Assembly: GCA_963692865.2 (NCBI GenBank)
Contig: CAXXHI010000001.1
Location: forward strand, 1 to 17,800
Origin: a bacterium
GTDB lineage: Bacteria; UBA8248
DNA length: 17,800 nucleotides
Reading direction: 5' to 3'
Shown here: one piece after another, positions 1 through 8,002 of the stretch
Layout of the letters: every line of letters begins with the position of its first letter
How positions within the stretch are numbered: the stretch's first letter is position 1
Made by a program: the position numbers and the translations under genes
Notes under the pieces: model-generated
Databases searched by the model: none
The model's input: the letters and a program-made list of their open reading frames with translations, nothing else
What the model was told of the DNA's origin: nothing

Positions 1-59
1 CAGGCCGGGCGATTACTCATCCTTGAGACGCACACCCCACTCTCGGGGAGGTCACTAAA

Positions 60-1445
60 ATGGCGTCGTTAAGCCGCCGGTTCGCGAGATGGGCGGCGGG
101 GCTTCAGTTCGAGGATCTACCGGGCGAAGTCGTCGACCGCGCCAGGGGCGTCACCCTGCAAGCCATCGGCTCCGTTCTTCTGGGTTCTCAAACCGAAGAC
201 GGGCGAAGAGCCGTCGCCCTCATCACAGAAGAAGAAGCGGGCGTCCGCGCAGGCGCGACCATCTTGGTGAGCGGGGCCGGGGCGACGAAAGGAGGCGCCG
301 CCTTTGCGAACGCGGAAATGGCGCTGGCGGGCGGCAAGTGGGATACCTTCCGCATGCTCACCCACCCGGGAACGAGCATCATCCCCGCCGCCCTCGCTGC
401 TGCGCAGTCACGGAGCGCCTCAGGCAAGGATTTTCTGACGGGCGTCGCCGCGGGCTATGAAGTCATGGAGCGTCTGGCGTCGGACTTCATACCCACGGTG
501 ATGTCGCGCGGTTTCCATGCGGGGCCCGTTTTCGGGATTTTCGGGGCGGCCGTCGCCGCCGCGAAGCTCATGGGCTTAAGCGAAGAGCAGATGAGCAGCG
601 CAATTGCGCTCTGCGCGAGTCTCGCGAGCGGGAACCTCGAAGGCCCGCGCAGCGGCGGAGGGGCGCTGAGAGAAGGCGGCGCCGTGCGAAACGCCCTATT
701 GGCGGCGGACCTCGCCGAGCGGGGCCACGCCGGCGGAGAAACGGTGCTGGAGGGAGAAGCAGGCTTCTACCACGCCTACACGGGAAACAACGAGGGCCGC
801 CTCACGTACAGCTTCACGGGCGATGCGAAAACGAGCCTGGAGGGAATCACCGAAGCTCTCGGGGAGAATTGGCTATTCCTCGAGACGCTTTTCCGGGTCT
901 ATTCCACCTCGGGCTACAACCTGGCCCACATCGACGTGACGGCGAGGCTCTGCGAGGAGAACGACATCCGCCCCCAAGAGGTCGAGCGTGTGGAGACGCT
1001 CGTGAACTGGCTGGAGACGCAATACCCGAGCCCCGCCTTCGCGAACCGCCGCGAGGACGGCGCGCCCAGTCCGGGCAGCACGCATTACTACGCGGCCTTC
1101 GGCGTCGTGAAGCGCGGCTATCCGCTGCTGAACAAGCCCCCCGGCGAAGACGACCCGCCCGAGGTGCTCGAAATGATGGAGCGCGTGCGCATCATCCCCT
1201 CCCGCGAGATGGGGCTTTTCGCTCCCAGGGTAAGCATCCACACCAAAGAAAGAGGGGTCTTCACCAGACAGGCCACTGGCAGAGAATTCATCTTCGGCTT
1301 CGAAGAACTGGCGGAGCGCATCAGCGGCATCGCACCGGGGCTGCCGGTACCGGAATCGCGCTACAGGGAAATCATCGAGACCTGCCGCACGCTGGAGGCG
1401 CAAGAGAAGGCGGGGAAACTCATCCGCCTCACCGTGGCCGAATAA
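60..1445 (+). CDS. MmgE/PrpD family protein (2-methylcitrate dehydratase / IDS epimerase / aconitate decarboxylase fold), divergent active site
   Basis: 461 aa ORF with SD GGAGGT at 47-52. Family pattern: 'LQFEDLPGEVVDRAR', 'AAFANA', 'DT...THPG..IIPAALA', 'GKDFLTGVAAGYEV', 'GFH..PVFG.FGAAVAAAKLMGL', 'LEGEAGFY'. Confidence 0.9.
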   Translation: MASLSRRFARWAAGLQFEDLPGEVVDRARGVTLQAIGSVLLGSQTEDGRRAVALITEEEAGVRAGATILVSGAGATKGGAAFANAEMALAGGKWDTFRMLTHPGTSIIPAALAAAQSRSASGKDFLTGVAAGYEVMERLASDFIPTVMSRGFHAGPVFGIFGAAVAAAKLMGLSEEQMSSAIALCASLASGNLEGPRSGGGALREGGAVRNALLAADLAERGHAGGETVLEGEAGFYHAYTGNNEGRLTYSFTGDAKTSLEGITEALGENWLFLETLFRVYSTSGYNLAHIDVTARLCEENDIRPQEVERVETLVNWLETQYPSPAFANRREDGAPSPGSTHYYAAFGVVKRGYPLLNKPPGEDDPPEVLEMMERVRIIPSREMGLFAPRVSIHTKERGVFTRQATGREFIFGFEELAERISGIAPGLPVPESRYREIIETCRTLEAQEKAGKLIRLTVAE

Positions 1446-1465
1446 GAGGCCGCTCCCGGAAGCGC

Positions 1466-2601
1466 CTACCAGAGCCGCCCGGAAGCCAGGGCAGCGCCCT
1501 CGGCGAGTGCGGCCATCTTCATCCACACGATGCGCCGGTCCACCTGCACCCGGCCGGCGAAGGTGCCGAAACCGCAATCGACGCCGGCGATCACGTTCTC
1601 GCGCCCCACCGCCTCGGCGTAGCTCACGATGCGATCGGCCACCAGTTCGGGATGCTCCACGAAGTTGGACGTCGAATCGATCACGCCGGGGATGATGCTC
1701 TGCCCTCCGGCAACTCGACCTCGCGCCACACCTTCCACTCGTGGCCGTGGCGCGGGTTCGCGCCGGGGAACGAAACGGCGCAGGGTTTCCCCTTCAAGAC
1801 GATGTCGATGATGTCCCTGATCGGAACGTCCTCATGGTGCGGCCCCAGCGTGCTGCCCCAGCAGATGTGCATGCGCATCCGCTCGGGCGCGATGTTCCGC
1901 ACCGCGTGGTTCAGGGCTTCGACGTGCATCTCGATTTCGGTGCGGAAATCCGCGAGGCTCAAATCGCGAAACACGGTGTGGCGGCTGAGCGCCAGGTCGG
2001 GGCAGTCGAGCTGCAGGAGCAGGCCCGCGTCCACAATCGCCTCGTACTCGCGGCGCATCACGTCCGCAAGCGCGAATATGTACTCCTCCTCGCTCGGGTA
2101 GTGGAGGTTCCTCAGATAGCGCGAAATCTGCCCCGGCGAGGGGGAGGTCATGAACGCCTCCTCCACGTCGGCGCGGCCGAGGACGCTCCTCGCGCGCTCG
2201 ATGTCCACCTCGGCGGCGGGCCAGTCCTTCCACCCCACGGGGCCGGAGCAGGCCGGACGGTTCTGGAGGGGCGAGGCGAATTGGGAGAGAATCTCGGCCA
2301 GTTCGGGAAAGCGCTCCTCGCCCGCGCCGAGCGGGGGCGAACTCGGCCCCTCGTATCCCGTCAGCCTGTGCTTGACGTGGGAGGTGTAATCGGGCCGGCC
2401 CTGCTCGCCGTCGTTGATCACGTCGACTCCCGCCGCCGCCTGTCTCTCCACGACGTCCTCTATCGCGCGCGCCACGGCGGCATCGAAAGCGTCGGAATCC
2501 ACTGCGCCCTCCTCCTGGGCCAGCAACAAATCGACCACCTCTGCGGGACGCGGCAGGCTCCCCGTGTGGGTCGTGAGTATTCTCTCCGTGCTTCGCTTCA
2601 T
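1466..2601 (-). CDS. Single-barrel cobalamin-independent methionine synthase II-like / epoxyalkane:CoM transferase-like Zn protein; frameshifted at ~1701 in this sequence
   Basis: ATG at 2601 with SD GAGGAG (2611-2616). Motifs ILTTHTGSLPRP, DGEQ, LQLDCPDLA and RMHICWG (HxC) lie in ORF 1681..2652. The C-terminal IIPGVID...DCGFGT lies in ORF 1466..1738. Adding one A (GGC A[A]G AGC ATC) joins them into 378 aa. Confidence 0.85.
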
Positions 2602-2646
2602 GGCTCGATTCTCCTCGTTGCTGTCTCGTTTCGATTCAAGAACCCA

Positions 2647-2663
2647 CATCAATAAATTTGATG
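2647..2663. promoter_or_regulatory. AT-rich palindrome CATCAA-N5-TTGATG, candidate LysR-type (T-N11-A) operator
   Basis: Perfect 6-bp inverted repeat in the 63-bp gap upstream of the MetE-like gene; contains ATC-N9-GAT. Confidence 0.35.
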
Positions 2664-2664
2664 A

Positions 2665-4155
2665 TCAAGAGCGGCTCCGCTCCCTCCAAAATGAAGTCCT
2701 CTTCAGAAAGACGCTGACGAGATAGAGCAAGGCCAGGGCCAGAAACGCCAGGCTGATCGGCTTGCGGAAGAAGATGCCGGGGTCGCCGTCCGAGAGGATG
2801 AGCGACATTCGCGCGTTTTTCTCGAACACCGGACCCAGGATGATCGCCAGGAGCAAGGGCATGATCGGATAGTCGAACTTTTGCATGAAATAGCCCAGCA
2901 ATCCGAATCCGATCATCAGGAAGACGTCGAAAAAGCTGTTCTGGAGCGCGAATGCGCCGATGACGCAGAACACGGCGATGCTCGGGAAGAGAAGCCCCGG
3001 CGGCACGCGCAGCACCTGGACGAACAGGCGTATGCCCAGAAGCGCGATGACGATGGTCAGGAACAGCGCGATGAGAAAAGACCCGAATATCGAGAACACG
3101 AAACCGCCGTGGCTCTCGAACAGGAGCGGCCCCGGCGCGAGCCCCTGGATGGTGAGCGCGCCGAGCATCACGGCGGTGACGGGGTCGCCGGGGATTCCCA
3201 GCGTGAGCATCGGGATCATCGCGCCGCCGGTCATGGCGCTGTTGGCGGCCTCGGGCGCGGATACGCCCTCGAGCTTTCCCTTCCCGAACGATTCGGGCTC
3301 GGGAGAGCGGCGCTGCGCCGTGTTGTAGCTCAGCACGGCGGCGACGGCGCTTCCCGTTCCCGGCAAAAGGCCGATGGTGGTCCCGATGAGGGAGGATTGC
3401 GCGAGCGTCCTCCAGAGGCCGGCCAGGGTTCCGGGTGAGGGCAGCAGGTCGCGCAGGCGCGTCGAGAAATCCGGCAAGGAGACGGCGGAGCCGCGCATGC
3501 CCGATATGATCTCGGGCACGGCGAAAAGCCCTATCATCACCGGCAGGAAAGAAACGCCCTGTTGAATCTGCACGACGGAAAACGTGAAGCGCGGTATGGA
3601 GTCGATGGGGTCCATGCCGACGGTTGCGAAACTCAGGCCCAGTACACCCGAGATGAGCGCCTTGCTCATCGAGGTTTGCGCGAAACCGCAGATGAGGCAA
3701 AGCCCCAGCAGGACCAGCGCGGCCAGTTCGGGCGCGCCGAACTTCAGGGCGAATTCCGCCAGCTGGGGCGCGATGGTCACCAGGCAGGCGAGGCTGAACA
3801 GCCCGCCCAGAAAACTCGAGAAAAACGCCACCCCGAGCGCGACGCCCGCCCGGCCCTTCCGGGCAAGCGGGTGCCCGTCGAGGCTCGTGACGATGGCGGC
3901 GGGATTGCCGGGGATGTTGATCAGAATGGCCGAGATGCTGCCCCCCGTCATCCCGCCGACGAAAACGCCCACCAGAAGGCTCATCGACGTGACGCTCGCC
4001 ATGTGGAAGGTGAAGGGCAGCAGGAGGATGATGCCCATGCTCACCGTAAGTCCCGGTATGGCCGCGAAGACGATGCCCATGAAACTTCCCAGAACCGCGA
4101 ACAACAAAGGCTTCCACGCCAGCGCCTGGACGATGCCCTCCACCAGGAGTTCCAT
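2665..4155 (-). CDS. tctA: Tripartite tricarboxylate transporter large permease TctA (system 1)
   Basis: 496 aa hydrophobic ORF with TctA motifs GG..GGSISAILINIPGNP, G.GKLEGVSAPEAAN and LTLGIPGDPVTAVMLGAL..GL.PGPLLF. Confidence 0.93.
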   Translation of the reverse strand: MELLVEGIVQALAWKPLLFAVLGSFMGIVFAAIPGLTVSMGIILLLPFTFHMASVTSMSLLVGVFVGGMTGGSISAILINIPGNPAAIVTSLDGHPLARKGRAGVALGVAFFSSFLGGLFSLACLVTIAPQLAEFALKFGAPELAALVLLGLCLICGFAQTSMSKALISGVLGLSFATVGMDPIDSIPRFTFSVVQIQQGVSFLPVMIGLFAVPEIISGMRGSAVSLPDFSTRLRDLLPSPGTLAGLWRTLAQSSLIGTTIGLLPGTGSAVAAVLSYNTAQRRSPEPESFGKGKLEGVSAPEAANSAMTGGAMIPMLTLGIPGDPVTAVMLGALTIQGLAPGPLLFESHGGFVFSIFGSFLIALFLTIVIALLGIRLFVQVLRVPPGLLFPSIAVFCVIGAFALQNSFFDVFLMIGFGLLGYFMQKFDYPIMPLLLAIILGPVFEKNARMSLILSDGDPGIFFRKPISLAFLALALLYLVSVFLKRTSFWRERSRS

Positions 4156-4157
4156 CT

Positions 4158-4642
4158 TTAGAAGAGCCAGTCCTGTGGCAGGGGCACCTTGAGCACGTGG
4201 TGAAAGACGTAGTTCACCACAAATGCGAAGATAACGACGTAGGGAATGATGATTTTCCAGGAACGGATTCCGCTCCAGAAGATGGAGACGGCGAGAAACG
4301 CCACGACAGCGGCGGAAAAGCCGGCATACTGCATCAAGACCGCGAAACCCACGAGCAGGAGGCAGAGGATCATGGCGTCGAGTACGCCCTTGCGCTCTAT
4401 GGCGGTGTGCGCTTTTTCTTGCGCTTTACCGAGGCAGGCCGTACCGATATCGACCAGCGTCAGGACGATAAGCAGCGATGCCCAGAGCCAGGGGATAAAA
4501 GAAGGCCCCAGGGGACCTTCTTCCCCCGGCCCCTGGGGCAACTCCAGAATAATCGAACCATACCAGACGTAGAAAACCACCAGGAGGATCGGAACGGCGA
4601 GGCGTCCGGCGCGCGGCCTGATTTTTTTGCTCTCCCCGTCAT
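4158..4642 (-). CDS. tctB: TTT small membrane subunit TctB (system 1); frameshifted near the 5' end (~4622-4637)
   Basis: About four hydrophobic segments, GPSFIP motif and C-terminal FHHVLKVPLP in the distal part of ORF 4158..5648. ATG at 4642 with SD AAGGGA (4653-4658) is out of frame by one base; A7 to A8 (or G4 to G5) restores it. Lies between tctC and tctA. Confidence 0.8.
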
Positions 4643-4690
4643 GAACACCGGATCCCTTGTGGCTTCTCGTCTTCGGCGCGATACAGATGT

Positions 4691-5648
4691 CTATTTCTTC
4701 TTTTTCTTTTTGTCCAGGCCCAGCGAAACGACGACCGCCTTGATCAGGCGTTCTGCTTGGCCACGAAGGCCGGGAACTTGTCCGGGCCCATGTAGGAGAC
4801 CAGGAAACCCCTCTTCTCGGCGGTGGCCAGGACTTTCGGATCCTTCGCAGCCGCCGAGAAGGCCTTGTGGAGCGCTTGAACCGCCTCTTTGGGCGTTCCC
4901 TTGGGAACGTGCAGTCCCCGGAACTGGTAAAAGCCGACGTCCCACCCGTGCTCGCTGAACAGGGGAACCTTGGGGTAGGCCGGGTGGCGCTTCGGGAAGG
5001 AAACGGCCAGCATGCGCACCTTGCCCGCCTTGTGGAGGGCCAGGACCTCGGGCGGATGGACGAAATCGCGTCTACCTCGCCGCCCAGCAGGCTGGGCACG
5101 CGGCGTTTGCCCAGGGGGACGTGACGGAACTTGAAGCCCGCCTTTTGTGAGAGCGCGGAAGCCGTGAGCCTGGTGAAGCTGCCCGAACCTGCGCTTCCGA
5201 TCTTGAGCTTCTTCGATTTGGCCGCTTTCACGAGTTCGGGAAGCGATTTATACGGGGAATCGGCCCGGACGACGATGGCGGTTCCCTCGAACACCAGGCG
5301 GGAAACGTAATCCCAGGCGCGGTAGTCATAGGGCAATTTCCCCATGGTGGTGCCGGTCAGGATCGAGGCCGAGAGCCAGCCGATCTTGTACCCGTCGTTC
5401 GGCGCGGTCTTGACGTAGGCGAAGCCGATGGTCCCGCCGGCTCCCGGGCGGTTCACGGCGACGATGGGCTGGCCGAACACTTTCTCGGCCGCTTTCGCCA
5501 CGGTGCGGCCGGAGATGTCCGCAGCGCCGCCGGGTTTGAAGGTGATGGTCATCTCCACAGGCTTCGTCGGATAGGCCGCCGAGGCGGGCGCTGCAGATAC
5601 CCCCGCGACGACGAAGGCAAGTGCGAAAACCAGTAAAAACTTCTTCAT
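4691..5648 (-). CDS. tctC: TTT periplasmic substrate-binding protein TctC/Bug (system 1); two frameshifts (~5061 and ~4747)
   Basis: SD AAGGAGG (5656-5662), signal peptide, and motifs YPTKPV, PGGAAD, NRPGAGG, DGY, LLGGEVDA. Continues in ORF 4744..5019 (FRGLHVPKGTP) and ends in ORF 4691..4945 (LIKAVVVSLGLDKKKKKK*). Two 1-nt additions give 319 aa. Confidence 0.85.
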
Positions 5649-5714
5649 GGTGTTTCCTCCTTAGAGATTCGCTTAGAGTGCGTCGAAAAATTTCTCGAAA
5701 TTCATAGGGTCATC

Positions 5715-7223
5715 CTAATCACGATTCCATGAATGCCATCTCGAAAGGCCGATGCAGACGCTCTTGATCTGGGTGTATTCGCGCAGCGCCTCCTCGCCGT
5801 GCTCCCTGCCGATGCCGCTTTTCTTCACGCCGCCGAAGGGAATCTCGGAGCCGTAGCGGTAGGTGTTGATGAACACGTTTCCGCAATCAAGCTCCTGAGC
5901 GAGCCGATGCGCCCGGCGCAGGTCGCTCGTCCAGACGTAGCTCGCCAGTCCGAACTCCGTGGCGTTGGCGTCCCGCACCGCATCGTCGAGAGAGTCGTAT
6001 TCATGAACGGTGAGAACGGGGCCGAAAATCTCATCGCACGCCGCCTTCATTCCCTGGTTCACGCCCGTGAGCACCGTGGGCTGCATGAAATTGCCGTCCG
6101 GTCCTCCTTCCGGCTTCGCGCTGTCACCACCGCAGGCGACGCGCGCCCCGTCGCCGAGAGCCGATTCGACGTAACCGACGACGTCGGCGAGATGATCGGG
6201 AGAGATGAGCGGCCCCATGTCGGTCGCCTCGTCCATGGCGTCGCCCACATTGATTCCCTCGACGCGCTCTTTAATCCTCTCGACGAACGCATCGTGAATG
6301 GAACGCGGGAGGAACAGGCGCGTTCCGGCGAAACAGACCTCGCCCTGGCGGGCGAACACCTGGCTCATCACGCCGTCCGCCGCTTCGTCGAGGTCTGCGT
6401 CCTCGCATACGATGATGGGCCCCTTGCCGCCAAGCTCCGCCAGCACGGGCGTCACGTTCTGCGCGGCGAGCCCCAGGACTTCCAGGCCGCCCTCGGTGCC
6501 GCCCGTGAAGACGATTTTTCTGATGTCGGGATGGCCCACGATCTTGGCGCCCGTCGAGCGCCCCGAACCCGCGACGATGTTGATCACCCCCGGCGGGAAC
6601 CCGGCTTCTTCGACCAGTTTTCCGAAATAGAGCACAGACGCCAGGGCGACGGCGGAGGGTTTGACCACCACCGTGTTGCCGCAGGCAAGAGCGGCGGCCA
6701 GCCCCCGCGACATGAGCTTGAGCGGGGTGTTCCAGGGAACGATGATGGCCACGACGCCCAAAGGCTCCCTCGTCGAATACATGAGGCGGTCGTTCATGAG
6801 GGGCTGCGCGCCGCCCTCCACCTTTCCGGCCCATCCGGCGAAATACTCGAAATGGCGCGCGGAGGAGGCGGATTCAAGACGGCTCTCCCGGATGGGGATG
6901 CCCGTGTTGATCGCTTCGAGTCTCGCGAGGGTTTCTGAATGCTCGCGCATCAGGGCCGCGAGCTTCATAATCAATTTTCCGCGCTCCAGCGCGGGCATCT
7001 TCTTCCAGGACGGGTCGTGAAACGCCCGCCAGCAGGAGGCGACGGCCTCATCGACCTGCGCGTCCGACGCCGGGAACAACTGGAAAATCGTCTCGTTGTT
7101 CGAGGGGTTGAGCACGTCCATCGGCTCGCCGCGCTCGCCTTTCACCCAGGCGCCGTCGATGTACTGCTGCTCCACCTCCTGGGTGAGGGGAAACTCGGCC
7201 ACCTTCACTAAACTACCAGACAT
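5715..7223 (-). CDS. NAD(P)-dependent aldehyde dehydrogenase
   Basis: ATG at 7223 with SD AAAGGAG. Motifs PWN, GNTVVVKPS, FTGGT, ELGGK (catalytic Glu), QGEVC (catalytic Cys), EIFGPV and PFGG.K.SG.GRE. Confidence 0.95.
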   Translation of the reverse strand: MSGSLVKVAEFPLTQEVEQQYIDGAWVKGERGEPMDVLNPSNNETIFQLFPASDAQVDEAVASCWRAFHDPSWKKMPALERGKLIMKLAALMREHSETLARLEAINTGIPIRESRLESASSARHFEYFAGWAGKVEGGAQPLMNDRLMYSTREPLGVVAIIVPWNTPLKLMSRGLAAALACGNTVVVKPSAVALASVLYFGKLVEEAGFPPGVINIVAGSGRSTGAKIVGHPDIRKIVFTGGTEGGLEVLGLAAQNVTPVLAELGGKGPIIVCEDADLDEAADGVMSQVFARQGEVCFAGTRLFLPRSIHDAFVERIKERVEGINVGDAMDEATDMGPLISPDHLADVVGYVESALGDGARVACGGDSAKPEGGPDGNFMQPTVLTGVNQGMKAACDEIFGPVLTVHEYDSLDDAVRDANATEFGLASYVWTSDLRRAHRLAQELDCGNVFINTYRYGSEIPFGGVKKSGIGREHGEEALREYTQIKSVCIGLSRWHSWNRD

Positions 7224-7283
7224 CAAAAGCTCCTTTGGTTATAAGAACGTATCGATCAGACGCCCCAGGCGGGCTCCCGGGCT

Positions 7284-7973
7284 TTACATTTTCTCAGAAT
7301 CCGGACCGGACCATTCCTCATCGCTCAGAACGTCTTGGTGGACCACGTCCTCCTCCACGGAAGAGACGACGTCCTTCGCCACCTGCTCATACCAGTCGGC
7401 CACGTCTTTCGGGTAGTCCGTGTGGCTGGGAAGGTCCTTGATGAGGGGGCCTTCCACGGAGGGGATGTCGCTTACGCCGTCGAACTCCTGGGAATATACC
7501 CGTCCTTTTCTGGCGGCGAACTCCTTGTCGATCGTGGCGTCGAGCTTGAGCCACTTGCCGTTCAGATACGCCTCTCCCAGCGAGTGCCACGGCAGCTTCC
7601 GGTCGCCCCATATCTTGGCGACTTCCTCGTTCATGAAAGGCTTGTCGGGGCAATGAAGCTGCTGGAAGCCGATGCGCGAGGGGATGCCCGAGGCCCGGCA
7701 AAGGGCGGCGAACATGCTGGCCTTGCCCATGCAGAACGCCTTGCCGTTGTTCAGCACGTCGCTCGCCTGCTTTTTCCCTTCCGCGAGATAGCGGAACGAG
7801 TCGAGAATATCGTAGGGAAAATCGCGGACGAAATAATAGATATTGTTCAGTTTTTCCTTGTCGTCCGCGCAGCCGTCGGTGAGCTCTTCCGCTTTCGAGA
7901 CGATGTCGGGGTTGTCCGAATCGATGTATTCGGTGGGCTTCAGGTAATCGGCGAGTTCCTGGTTTTCATTCAT
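7284..7973 (-). CDS. Transglutaminase-like (Cys-His-Asp) domain protein, cytoplasmic
   Basis: ATG at 7973 with SD AGGGAG; 229 aa. Motifs YLKPTEYIDSD, AFCMGKASMFAALCRASGIPSR, WHSLGEAYLNGKWLKLDAT. No signal peptide. The longer 8147 start overlaps the upstream gene and is rejected. Confidence 0.88.
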   Translation of the reverse strand: MNENQELADYLKPTEYIDSDNPDIVSKAEELTDGCADDKEKLNNIYYFVRDFPYDILDSFRYLAEGKKQASDVLNNGKAFCMGKASMFAALCRASGIPSRIGFQQLHCPDKPFMNEEVAKIWGDRKLPWHSLGEAYLNGKWLKLDATIDKEFAARKGRVYSQEFDGVSDIPSVEGPLIKDLPSHTDYPKDVADWYEQVAKDVVSSVEEDVVHQDVLSDEEWSGPDSEKM

Positions 7974-8002
7974 TGGAAAATCTCCCTGCTCATAAGGGGG
8001 CC

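Noticed and set aside
35-52. CCCC/GGGG stem overlapping the SD of the PrpD-like gene
   Set aside because: Only 4 bp, which is expected by chance at this GC content.
1466-1738. Separate 90-aa gene
   Set aside because: It is the C-terminus of the MetE-like protein, displaced by the frameshift at ~1701.
869-2101. 410-aa plus-strand ORF, and other long alternative or antisense ORFs (1741..2655, 2636..4117, 5733..6938, 11515..12648, 12685..13728, 14116..15438, 16027..17025)
   Set aside because: They overlap well-supported genes, are rich in Arg/Gly/Ala/His and show no family motifs. This is the expected shadow of high-GC codon usage.
60-2601. Calling the two genes prpD and metE
   Set aside because: Key residues differ, no methylcitrate-cycle or methionine genes are adjacent, and the MetE-like protein has only one barrel.
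4158-5648. Apparent 496-aa TctC-TctB fusion protein
   Set aside because: Three 1-nt deletions sum to one codon and put the TctC N-terminus in frame with TctB. The middle section is off-frame, while the true TctC C-terminus, its stop (4691) and the tctB SD/ATG are present in other frames.
7230-7283. TATAAC and a small hairpin upstream of the ALDH gene as promoter or terminator
   Set aside because: No matching -35, too close to the SD, and the stem is weak with no U-tract.
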